Source: Escherichia phage BYEP02
Strand: one strand, 5' to 3'
Sequence record: OR757454.1
DNA: 64,000 nucleotides
The position numbers and the translations under genes were made by a program. Every line of letters starts with the position of its first letter. Positions within the stretch are counted from its first letter, which is position 1. Below the pieces are notes generated by a model that did not search any database, was not told the DNA's origin, and worked only from the letters and a program-made list of their open reading frames with translations. This document shows, in pieces, positions 56,241-64,000 of the stretch.

Positions 56241-56726
56241 ATGATTACAGTAGATAAGTGGTTTAGAATTAATCGTGCTGATACAGGGCTGTGTAATTAC
56301 TGGCCGGAACTTAGTGCAGGTACTGTCTTTAAAGTTCGTGAACTTGCAAAAGAATGTGAAGATGATATAGAGCCTGATACTGGAATTATTGAAATTGAAC
56401 TTTCCGACGGAAAGATTATTAACATCTATGATAAGCCAATTACGTATTGGTGCTTGTGGAATACTGAATCAGTAGAAAATGGCGAAATTGAAGAAGTTGT
56501 AGAGCGAACTAATCAAGTTGTTCAGAAGCCTAAAGCCGATTTTCAAGGTGAACGTATTTCATACGCATTAGCTAAATTAGCTGCACAAGAAAATAACGAT
56601 GGTTATGAAGGAAATTTGATGCAAGCTGCGGCAGAATATATTGAATGGCTTGAAACTCAAATTTCTTTTTCTGACCAAAAGATTCGGCAATATAAGCGAT
56701 TGAATCAAATGTTTTACAATACTTGA
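56241..56726 (+). CDS. pin: Probable protease inhibitor Pin (161 aa)
   Basis: MITVDKWFRINRADTGLCNYWPELSAGTVFKVRELAKECEDDIEPDTG...; size and position between nrdC and gene 49 as T4 pin. Confidence 0.5.
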   Translation: MITVDKWFRINRADTGLCNYWPELSAGTVFKVRELAKECEDDIEPDTGIIEIELSDGKIINIYDKPITYWCLWNTESVENGEIEEVVERTNQVVQKPKADFQGERISYALAKLAAQENNDGYEGNLMQAAAEYIEWLETQISFSDQKIRQYKRLNQMFYNT

Positions 56727-56733
56727 AAATAAT

Positions 56734-56810
56734 GCTGCGGCAGAATATATTGAATGGCTTGAAACTCAAATTTCTTTTTCTGACCGAGCGTTTTAATACT
56801 TGAAAATAAT
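56734..56810. repeat. 77-bp inserted segment homologous to 56625-56733 (pin 3' end) but with ~32 bp replaced by 5 bp
   Basis: gctgcggcagaatatattgaatggcttgaaactcaaatttctttttctgacc shared; copy then has gagcg instead of aaaagattcggcaatataagcgattgaatcaaatg, then ttttaatacttgaaaataat. Confidence 0.85.
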
Positions 56811-56845
56811 AAATACCCTTATCTATTTAAGGTAAGGGTTTTATT

Positions 56846-57396
56846 ATGTTATTGACTGGCAAATTATACAAAGAAGAAAAACAGAAATTTTATGATGCAC
56901 AAAACGGTAAATGCTTAATTTGCCAACGAGAACTAAATCCTGATGTTCAAGCTAATCACCTTGACCATGACCATGAATTAAATGGACCGAAAGCTGGAAA
57001 GGTGCGTGGATTGCTCTGTAATCTTTGCAATGCTGCGGAAGGTCAAATGAAGCATAAATTTAATCGTTCTGGCTTAAAGGGACAAGGTGTTGATTATCTT
57101 GAATGGTTAGAAAATTTACTTACTTATTTAAAATCCGATTACACCCAAAATAATATTCACCCTAACTTTGTTGGAGATAAATCAAAGGAATTTTCTCGTT
57201 TAGGAAAAGAGGAAATGATGGCTGAGATGCTTCAAAGAGGATTTGAATATAATGAATCTGACACGAATTTTCTCGTTTAGGAAAAGAGGAAATGATGGCC
57301 GAGATGCTTCAAAGAGGATTTGAATATAATGAATCTGACACAAAAACACAGTTAATAGCTTCATTCAAGAAGCAGCTTAGAAAGAGTTTAAAATGA
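56846..57396 (+). CDS. 49: Endonuclease VII (Holliday junction resolvase) gp49; frameshifted by 77-bp duplication 57189-57342
   Basis: MLLTGKLYKEEKQKFYDAQNGKCLICQRELNPDVQANHLDHDHELNGPKAGKVRGLLCNLCNAAEG...; span minus 77 = 157 codons + stop. Confidence 0.88.
57189..57342. repeat. 77-bp tandem duplication inside gene 49
   Basis: aattttctcgtttaggaaaagaggaaatgatggc(t/c)gagatgcttcaaagagg... twice. Confidence 0.9.
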
Positions 57397-59287
57397 CAAT
57401 TGAAAAAGAAATTGAAGGATTGATTCATAAAACTAATAAAGACCTTTTGAACGAGAATGCTAATAAAGATTCTCGTGTTTTTCCAACTCAACGGGACCTT
57501 ATGGCTGGTATTGTGTCTAAACACATTGCCAAAAATATGGTCCCGTCTTTTATTATGAAAGCGCATGAAAGCGGAATTATTCATTTCCATGATATTGATT
57601 ATTCCCCTGCTCTTCCATTTACTAATTGCTGTTTAGTAGATTTAAAAGGAATGCTTGAGAACGGATTTAAGCTTGGTAATGCACAGATTGAAACTCCTAA
57701 ATCAATTGGCGTTGCTACTGCAATTATGGCACAAATTACTGCACAGGTTGCTTCCCATCAATATGGCGGAACGACTTTTGCGAATGTAGATAAAGTACTT
57801 TCTCCTTATGTTAAACGCACATATGCAAAACATATTGAGGATGCAGAAAAATGGCAAATCGCTGATGCGTTGAATTATGCTCAATCTAAAACAGAAAAAG
57901 ACGTATACGATGCATTCCAAGCTTATGAATATGAAGTAAATACTCTCTTTAGTTCAAACGGGCAAACACCTTTTGTAACAATTACATTTGGTACGGGAAC
58001 TGACTGGACTGAACGAATGATTCAGAAAGCAATTCTGAAAAATCGTATTAAAGGTCTTGGTCGTGATGGGATAACTCCTATTTTCCCTAAGCTTGTTATG
58101 TTTGTTGAAGAAGGTGTTAATCTTTACAAAGACGATCCGAACTATGATATTAAGCAGCTTGCTCTAGAGTGTGCAAGCAAAAGGATGTATCCTGATATTA
58201 TTTCAGCTAAGAACAATAAAGCTATCACTGGTTCATCTATTCCTGTTTCTCCAATGGGATGCCGTAGTTTCTTGAGCGTATGGAAAGATTCGACTGGCAA
58301 TGAAATTCTTGATGGACGTAATAATCTTGGTGTTGTAACACTGAATCTTCCTCGCATCGCGTTAGATTCTTATATTGGAACACAGTTCAATGAACAGAAA
58401 TTTGTTGAATTATTCAATGAACGAATGGATTTGTGTTTTGAAGCTTTGATGTGTAGAATTAGTTCCTTAAAAGGAGTTAAAGCTACTGTTGCTCCTATTC
58501 TTTACCAAGAAGGTGCATTCGGGGTTCGTCTTAAACCTGATGACGATATAATTGAGTTATTTAAAAACGGTAGAAGTTCAGTCAAGAAGGTGCATTCGGG
58601 GTTCGTCTTAAACCTGATGACGACATAATTGAGTTATTTAAAAACGGTAGAAGTTCAGTGTCCTTAGGATACATTGGTATTCACGAATTGAATATTCTTG
58701 TCGGTCGTGATATTGGACAAGAAATTTTAACTAAGATGAATGCTCATCTTAAACAGTGGACCGAAAGAACCGGTTTTGCTTTTAGCTTGTATTCTACTCC
58801 TGCTGAAAACCTTTGCTATCGCTTCTGTAAACTTGATACTGAAAAATATGGAAGCGTAAAAGATGTTACTGATAAAGGTTGGTACACTAATAGTTTCCAT
58901 GTTTCAGTAGAAGAAAATATCACTCCGTTTGAAAAGATTTCTCGTGAAGCACCATATCATTTCATTGCGACAGGTGGTCACATTTCTTATGTTGAACTTC
59001 CTGATATGAAAAATAACCTAAAAGGTCTTGAGGCTGTATGGGATTATGCTGCACAACATTTAGATTATTTTGGTGTTAACATGCCAGTAGATAAATGTTT
59101 TACGTGTGGAAGCACTCATGAAATGACTCCTACTGAAAACGGATTTGTTTGTTCTATTTGTGGAGAAACTGATCCTAAAAAGATGAACACAATAAGAAGA
59201 ACATGCGGCTATCTTGGAAACCCGAACGAACGCGGATTTAATCTCGGCAAAAATAAAGAAATCATGCATAGGGTTAAACACCAATGA
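57393..59287 (+). CDS. nrdD: Anaerobic ribonucleoside-triphosphate reductase NrdD (no intron); frameshifted by 77-bp duplication 58506-58659
   Basis: MTIEKEIEGLIHKTNKDLLNENANKDSRVF...; C-terminal Zn-ribbon CFTCGSTHE...CSICGE and glycyl-radical site RRTCGYLGN; span minus 77 = 605 codons + stop. Confidence 0.9.
58506..58659. repeat. 77-bp tandem duplication inside nrdD
   Basis: caagaaggtgcattcggggttcgtcttaaacctgatgacga(t/c)ataattgag... twice. Confidence 0.9.
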
Positions 59288-59754
59288 ATTATGATAGATT
59301 TTATCCTTGCGATTTTATTAATGGTCCTGGCTGCAGGACCGTTCTTTTCGTTACAGGTTGTTTGCATAAATGTGAAGGGTGTTATAATAAATCAACATGG
59401 AATGCTAGAAATGGTATTCCATTCACTGGTGAAACACTAGAGCAATTAATTGAATGTTTGAATAATGATTATATAGAAGGATTGACTATAACTGGAGGTG
59501 ACCCTCTCTATCCTGATAACCGAGATGTTATTCATTGCATTGTTCAAACAGTAAAAAATCTTTATCCCAATAAAAGCATTTGGTTGTGGACAGGATATAA
59601 GTTTGAAGATATTAAACAACTAGAAATGCTTAAATATGTTGATGTTATTATTGATGGGAAGTATGAGAAAAATCTTCCGACCAAAAAGCTGTGGCGAGGT
59701 TCAGATAATCAGCGACTTTGGTCAAATACCGATGGGGTGTGGAAACATGATTAA
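59284..59754 (+). CDS. nrdG: Anaerobic ribonucleotide reductase activating protein NrdG (radical SAM)
   Basis: MNYDRFYPCDFINGPGCRTVLFVTGCLHKCEGCYNKSTWN...; Cys cluster CLHKCEGC. Confidence 0.85.
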   Translation: MNYDRFYPCDFINGPGCRTVLFVTGCLHKCEGCYNKSTWNARNGIPFTGETLEQLIECLNNDYIEGLTITGGDPLYPDNRDVIHCIVQTVKNLYPNKSIWLWTGYKFEDIKQLEMLKYVDVIIDGKYEKNLPTKKLWRGSDNQRLWSNTDGVWKHD

Positions 59755-59868
59755 ACTGAATTATATTATTGATACTATAAATGATATGATTTTTCATTTT
59801 GGTCCAGAATTTTATTCGCAGTATAGTTTAGTACTTATCAATGCTTGGTTAATCAATTAAGGGTAAAT

Positions 59869-60158
59869 ATGTATAAATTTCGTAAAGGTTTAGCTGATTT
59901 TCTTACAACTGTAACGTTCTTTTTGTTTATGGCAGTTGGAGCTATTTTCCTTATTCCTTTTATTGCTATATTTTTCGTGATTAGCTTAATTTCTCCAGAA
60001 AAAGGCTTATCTTCTAGGCTATTTTCCTTATTCCTTTTATTGCTATATTTTTCGTGATTAGTTTGATTTCTCCAGAAAAGGGCTTATCTTCTAGTGAGTT
60101 CAATGAGCGTCTGGATAAAATTACTAACAAGCTGAATGCTGCTCTTAGTAAGGAATAG
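59869..60158 (+). CDS. Small membrane protein; frameshifted by 77-bp duplication 59941-60094
   Basis: MYKFRKGLADFLTTVTFFLFMAVGAIFLIPFIAIFFVISLISPEKGLSSSEFNERLDKITNKLNAALSKE after removing one copy. Confidence 0.5.
59941..60094. repeat. 77-bp tandem duplication inside small membrane-protein gene
   Basis: gctattttccttattccttttattgctatatttttcgtgattag(c/t)tt(a/g)atttctcc... twice. Confidence 0.9.
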
Positions 60159-60160
60159 TT

Positions 60161-60469
60161 GTGAAACAAAATAAGATTGAAGTCTATGGAATTCCAGATG
60201 AAGTTGGTCGTTGTCCTGGATGTCAATCAGTTACAAAACTTCTAAAGGAGCTCAATGCTCCTTTTACTTTCTATAAAGTTCTTACAAATAATGGTAAGAT
60301 TGAGTATGATCGTCCACTGATTGTATCTCTTGCTAAACGCGCTGGATTCACATCTCTTAACATTCGTTATCCAGTCATTTTCATCAATGATTCCAGACAA
60401 AAGAACATTAAACACTTCAAAGAAACTCTCATTTCACTTGGATATGATAGAGATATCATAGAAGACTAA
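60161..60469 (+). CDS. nrdH: Glutaredoxin-like protein NrdH (102 aa)
   Basis: MKQNKIEVYGIPDEVGRCPGCQSVTKLLKELNAPFTFYKVL...; CPGC redox motif; follows nrdG. Confidence 0.75.
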   Translation: MKQNKIEVYGIPDEVGRCPGCQSVTKLLKELNAPFTFYKVLTNNGKIEYDRPLIVSLAKRAGFTSLNIRYPVIFINDSRQKNIKHFKETLISLGYDRDIIED

Positions 60470-60473
60470 GACG

Positions 60474-60495
60474 GGCCCTCTGGGCCTTTCTTTCT
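60474..60495 (+). terminator. Rho-independent terminator after nrdH
   Basis: ggccc-tct-gggcc followed by tttctttc. Confidence 0.55.
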
Positions 60496-60567
60496 CGCAT
60501 TCTGTATATTACCATTCTAAGCTATCGTTCCTTTCTTATCATTCCCTAAAATAATTTTCACAAAGTT

Positions 60568-60598
60568 GTTTACAACGAGCTCAAACTGTGGTATTATT
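60568..60598 (+). promoter_or_regulatory. T4 early-type promoter
   Basis: ttttcacaaagttGTTTACaacgagctcaaactgtggTATTAT. Confidence 0.55.
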
Positions 60599-60627
60599 AA
60601 CATATGAATTGCCTTTGAGGAATTGAT

Positions 60628-60810
60628 ATGGTTATGGTTGATAAAGAAATTAAAAAGGGACAGTATTATCTCATTAATGGTAATGCTGTTCGTGTTACTC
60701 ATGTAAATAGTTTTGAAGTTTGCTATATTATACTCAAGTTACATAAACGCATGATTTGTGATCGTGCTGTATTTAGTTCAGTTGCTAAGGAAATTAAACT
60801 CCATGGGTAA
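60628..60810 (+). CDS. Hypothetical small protein (60 aa)
   Basis: ORF MVMVDKEIKKGQYYLINGNAVRVTHVNSFEVCYIILKLHKRMICDRAVFSSVAKEIKLHG. Confidence 0.45.
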   Translation: MVMVDKEIKKGQYYLINGNAVRVTHVNSFEVCYIILKLHKRMICDRAVFSSVAKEIKLHG

Positions 60811-61096
60811 AACGTATCGTCGTAAAGACTTAAAAGTGCGTGATTATGACTATTTCGGAAAGCGTAAAGCTCCTGATGGGGTAAGTCATAAAGATATGGT
60901 TGAAAACATTTTTCGCTCAGATAAATGGCGTAGAATGAAAGGCATTGATTCAGAAGTTAAAGATGAGCTAAATCGTCAATTACGCGGTGAAGTAAGAAAG
61001 TTGAAAAAATCAGTTTACATTGACGATGATTTTGATTACAATACTTCTCAACGAGTTGCTAAGCGTAAATCAAACGAGTGCTATCGTTACAGCTGA
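60803..61096 (+). CDS. Hypothetical basic protein (97 aa)
   Basis: MGKTYRRKDLKVRDYDYFGKRKAPDGVSHKDMVENIFRSDKWRRMKGIDSEVKDELNRQLRGEVRKLKKSVYIDDDFDYNTSQRVAKRKSNECYRYS. Confidence 0.5.
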   Translation: MGKTYRRKDLKVRDYDYFGKRKAPDGVSHKDMVENIFRSDKWRRMKGIDSEVKDELNRQLRGEVRKLKKSVYIDDDFDYNTSQRVAKRKSNECYRYS

Positions 61097-61103
61097 GGAA
61101 AAT

Positions 61104-61235
61104 ATGAATATCAAACGCATGCTTTTTAAACAAGGATTATACACTTTAAATATTGCTCCAAAAGGCGATACGACCAAGTGGTCAGTAAATGACTGGATTA
61201 AATTTATTGATGAAAACGGTAACTGGAAAATTTAA
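61104..61235 (+). CDS. Hypothetical small protein (43 aa)
   Basis: MNIKRMLFKQGLYTLNIAPKGDTTKWSVNDWIKFIDENGNWKI. Confidence 0.4.
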   Translation: MNIKRMLFKQGLYTLNIAPKGDTTKWSVNDWIKFIDENGNWKI

Positions 61236-61436
61236 ATGAATCCTGAATCTAAATTATCACAACGAATTGCCGAAGCTCGTCGTCAGTTCTTTGAAAATAT
61301 GATAGCCCAAGGTATTGATGACGAAGTTTTTCTGAACTGGTTTTGGAATCACAAATATTCAAGTTGCTCAGGAGCAATATTAATATCAGCCGCAATGATG
61401 TACGAAGGCTGGAAGGGTGCCAAAAAGTTTAGCTAA
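61236..61436 (+). CDS. Hypothetical small protein (66 aa)
   Basis: ORF MNPESKLSQRIAEARRQFFENMIAQGIDDEVFLNWFWNHKYSSCSGAILISAAMMYEGWKGAKKFS. Confidence 0.45.
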   Translation: MNPESKLSQRIAEARRQFFENMIAQGIDDEVFLNWFWNHKYSSCSGAILISAAMMYEGWKGAKKFS

Positions 61437-61453
61437 GGGCTTCGGCCCTTTTT
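61436..61453 (+). terminator. Rho-independent terminator
   Basis: aagggc-ttcg-gccctt + ttttgg immediately after the stop. Confidence 0.65.
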
Positions 61454-61488
61454 GGATAATAAAATTTTAACGTAATTGAGGATAATGT

Positions 61489-61815
61489 ATGACTATTCAA
61501 ATTAAAAACGTCATTAATTCTTACGCATATGATAAAGTAGTTTCTTTGCTAGAAAAAGGCGATATTGTAACTCCTCAAATTTTGGATAAATGGGAAAAAG
61601 AGCTTCATCAAATGATGAAACAGAATGATCAGAAGATTGGACGCAATACTGTCCGTGAATTGTTGGTTCAATATATCTTGTCAGAATTTGATGTTAAAGT
61701 TTTTGGTGTAGAATCTAAAGCTTATCAAAAGCATGAAATTTCCGATAAAACTATTCGTCGCATGAAAAATCAACGCAAGAAAAAATTTGCAGACCGGAAA
61801 ATTGCTAAGGTATAA
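61489..61815 (+). CDS. Hypothetical protein (108 aa)
   Basis: ORF MTIQIKNVINSYAYDKVVSLLEKGDIVTPQILDKWEKELHQMMKQNDQKIGRNTVRELLVQYILSEFDVKVFG... Confidence 0.5.
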   Translation: MTIQIKNVINSYAYDKVVSLLEKGDIVTPQILDKWEKELHQMMKQNDQKIGRNTVRELLVQYILSEFDVKVFGVESKAYQKHEISDKTIRRMKNQRKKKFADRKIAKV

Positions 61816-61817
61816 TT

Positions 61818-62033
61818 ATGAACGAAGCTCTTATTAACGATTTGCGTCTTGCTGGATATGAAGTAAATACAAATGGCATTGGTTTAACTCAAATTGAAGG
61901 AAATGGATTCATCCTTGAGTATGAATTTAGCCAATGGTGGTTATACGCTAATTACGGCGAATTGATTGAATACGTTGACCAATTTGATTCACTAGATGCA
62001 GCTCTTGAAGCGGCTAAGTTGATGAATGCATGA
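61818..62033 (+). CDS. Hypothetical small protein (71 aa)
   Basis: ORF MNEALINDLRLAGYEVNTNGIGLTQIEGNGFILEYEFSQWWLYANYGELIEYVDQFDSLDAALEAAKLMNA. Confidence 0.45.
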   Translation: MNEALINDLRLAGYEVNTNGIGLTQIEGNGFILEYEFSQWWLYANYGELIEYVDQFDSLDAALEAAKLMNA

Positions 62034-62299
62034 AATTAATTAATATTTCTATTGCTATTGAAAATTTTGGTATTTTCTATGTTGACCAATACATGAAAAT
62101 TTCATTTTTCCCAAATAAGATTGGTGTTGGATATTGGGAAAGCCATGTTTCTGAATTAAATGAAAGTAAATATTCTAACACCCATAAAAAGTTTTTAGAC
62201 TTTTTATATCGTGCTGATATTAATGATCATTACATAGATATTCATGAATTTAAAAAGATGATGGAGAAAGTATTCCAAGCATACTGTTTACTTAGATAA
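62030..62299 (+). CDS. Hypothetical small protein (89 aa)
   Basis: ORF MKLINISIAIENFGIFYVDQYMKISFFPNKIGVGYWESHVSELNESKYSNTHKKFLDFLYRADINDHYIDIHEFKKMMEKVFQAYCLLR. Confidence 0.45.
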   Translation: MKLINISIAIENFGIFYVDQYMKISFFPNKIGVGYWESHVSELNESKYSNTHKKFLDFLYRADINDHYIDIHEFKKMMEKVFQAYCLLR

Positions 62300-62377
62300 C
62301 TGATATCCTCTATGCTTTAAGATAGATCTTCAAATATTATGATATAATAGATCTATGAATTGAGCTAAGAGGTGAAA

Positions 62378-62935
62378 ATGTCAGAAACTAAGCCTAAATA
62401 TAATTACGTAAACAATAAAGAGCTTTTACAAGCTATTATTGATTGGAAAACAGAATTAGCAAATAATAAAGACCCAAATAAAGTAGTTCGTCAGAATGAT
62501 ACTATCGGATTAGCCATTATGCTTATTGCAGAAGGCTTATCTAAACGTTTCAACTTTTCAGGATACACCCAATCCTGGAAACAAGAAATGATTGCAGATG
62601 GTATAGAAGCTTCTATTAAGGGGCTTCATAATTTTGACGAAACGAAATATAAAAACCCACATGCATATATAACTCAAGCTTGTTTTAATGCATTCGTCCA
62701 ACGTATTAAAAAAGAACGTAAGGAAGTTGCAAAGAAATATAGTTACTTCGTTCACAATGTCTATGACAGTCGTGACGACGATATGGTTGCGTTAGTAGAT
62801 GAAACTTTTATTCAAGACATCTACGATAAAATGACGCATTACGAAGAATCAACCTATAGAACACCGGGGGCTGAAAAGAAAAGTGTTGTAGACGATTCTC
62901 CTAGTTTGGATTTTTTATATGAGGCTAACGATTAA
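62378..62935 (+). CDS. 55: Late-transcription sigma factor gp55 (intact, 185 aa)
   Basis: [60 protein letters not shown]...; matches recalled T4 gp55. Confidence 0.9.
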
Positions 62936-63137
62936 CCTCTCCGGATTCTTGGAAGAAATACCTGAAGTTGAAGCTATTCCCTATTTACTTAAAATGTATC
63001 TCAGGGAAGTTTTAGCTCTTGACATTGATATTGATCCAGAAAATCCGTATGATACCGCTTTTAAATCTAATGGTGTAGAATTAAACTATCGGTATCATTT
63101 AACAGATGATGATTTTTATTTTATATTAGAGAAATAA
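62919..63137 (+). CDS. Hypothetical small protein (72 aa)
   Basis: [75 protein letters not shown]. Confidence 0.45.
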
Positions 63138-63138
63138 T

Positions 63139-63456
63139 ATGACTGATAAACCCGAAATTAATGATGAAGTGGAAAAGCTTATTTCTTCTATTGAAGAAAA
63201 GAACCGTCTTGAAGCAGAAAGAAAAGCAAATAAGTTATTGTCTAAAAATAAACGCGAACTGAACCGTCTTTATAAGCACGCTCAGATTGCAGCTGAAAAT
63301 AATAATTTTGCTCAATACGAATATGCTATCAAGAAAAGTCGGGATATTCTAAAACAGCCATATAACGATGAACTCATTAGTATTCTTTGGAAGACTACTA
63401 GATCGCAGATTGAGGATATGATTGATGCTTACACACGTAAAATTCAAGCGTCTTAA
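63139..63456 (+). CDS. Hypothetical coiled-coil protein (105 aa)
   Basis: ORF MTDKPEINDEVEKLISSIEEKNRLEAERKANKLLSKNKRELNRLYKHAQIAAENNNFAQYEYAIKKSRDILKQPYNDELISILW... Confidence 0.5.
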   Translation: MTDKPEINDEVEKLISSIEEKNRLEAERKANKLLSKNKRELNRLYKHAQIAAENNNFAQYEYAIKKSRDILKQPYNDELISILWKTTRSQIEDMIDAYTRKIQAS

Positions 63457-63628
63457 AATTAATGCAGGATTTACTGAATCTTTGAATGGTCATCTTTGTG
63501 TGAAAATTTCTGAAAAAGAATACCATGATAGTTCAATTAAAGAAGTTAATCCTCCTATTGTAAGAGCAGACCCTAATATGAAAGTGTGGGTTGATTCTTA
63601 TCAAGTCAAAAAATGGTGGCAACTGTGA
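63422..63628 (+). CDS. Possible small protein overlapping the previous gene end (start uncertain)
   Basis: ORF ...VKISEKEYHDSSIKEVNPPIVRADPNMKVWVDSYQVKKWWQL; stop lies in copy 1 of duplication 63620-63773. Confidence 0.3.
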   Translation: MMLTHVKFKRLKINAGFTESLNGHLCVKISEKEYHDSSIKEVNPPIVRADPNMKVWVDSYQVKKWWQL

Positions 63629-63773
63629 AAGATGAACACCCAGACTTCTGAAATAGATTATAATAAAATTCGTTCCTCTAAAGTAGAAATGATGAGCAAC
63701 TGTGAAAGATGAACGCCCAGACTTGTGAAATAGATTATAATAAAATTCGTTCCTCTAAAGAGGAAATGATGAG
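63620..63773. repeat. 77-bp tandem duplication at a gene junction near the right end
   Basis: caactgtgaaagatgaac(a/g)cccagactt(c/g)tgaaatagattataataaaattcgttcc... twice. Confidence 0.9.
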
Positions 63774-63882
63774 ACGCTTTAAAGAGTCTCATGATAAAGC
63801 TAAAGCAGAAGGAACTATAACATATAAGCGCATAAAATTTAAAAGTTCTAATGAGCCTCTGTATGGCGTATTATGCGGATAG
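63766..63882 (+). CDS. Hypothetical small protein (38 aa)
   Basis: MMRRFKESHDKAKAEGTITYKRIKFKSSNEPLYGVLCG with RBS aaagaggaaATG; followed by hairpin ggagc-ttcg-gctcc. Confidence 0.4.
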   Translation: MMRRFKESHDKAKAEGTITYKRIKFKSSNEPLYGVLCG

Positions 63883-63948
63883 GAGCTTCGGCTCCTATAT
63901 TGCTTTATAAATTTTTGATAAAATAAACCAAAACAAAGAGGATATTAA

Positions 63949-64000
63949 ATGAAAGTATGTATTTTTATGGCTCGAGGTCTTGAAGGTTGTGGTGTAACTA
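63949..64000 (+). CDS. a-gt: Alpha-glucosyltransferase, N-terminal fragment (continues beyond window end)
   Basis: MKVCIFMARGLEGCGVT matches recalled T4 alpha-glucosyltransferase N-terminus MRICIFMARGLEGCGVTKF. Confidence 0.7.
   Translation, partial: MKVCIFMARGLEGCGVT

Noticed and set aside
57393-59287. Looked for a group I intron in nrdD as in T4
   Set aside because: Apart from the 77-bp duplication the reading frame is continuous and the total equals the uninterrupted 605-codon protein, so no intron is present in this phage.

Overview
This window is a T-even (T4-like) Escherichia phage genome segment, read in the orientation where the late structural genes lie on the minus strand. From the left: terminase 17 (3' end runs off the window) and 16, tail terminator 15, neck 14/13, fibritin wac, short tail fibre 12, baseplate genes 11-10-9-8-7-6, PAAR tip 5.4, hub/lysozyme 5 and 53 (all minus). 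A divergent late-promoter region at ~22.04 kb separates these from plus-strand genes 4-2-3-1-57A-57B, internal-protein (CTS-bearing) loci, an HNH endonuclease, a 10-tRNA cluster, a Nudix hydrolase, lysozyme e, denV, regB, tk, rI, a ~13 kb block of early genes of unknown function, nrdC, pin, 49, nrdD-nrdG-nrdH, sigma factor 55 and the start of a-gt. Gene lengths match T4 exactly once inserted repeats are subtracted, but the tRNA set and several proteins differ from T4, so this is a close relative rather than T4 itself. The dominant anomaly is at least 54 tandem duplications of exactly 77 bp, about one per kb, many of which frameshift essential genes; as written the sequence cannot encode a viable phage, and I interpret them as assembly artefact or deliberate insertion. 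Two 81-bp tandem repeats look natural by contrast. The best candidates for undescribed biology are in the tk-nrdC early block: four tandem ~300-340 aa proteins with C-terminal coiled coils, a pol-beta-type nucleotidyltransferase-like protein, an AAA+ ATPase and a macrodomain-like protein, alongside known anti-defence genes (57B/Acb1, internal proteins). All identifications are from reading the sequence and recalled T4 knowledge; no searches were run.
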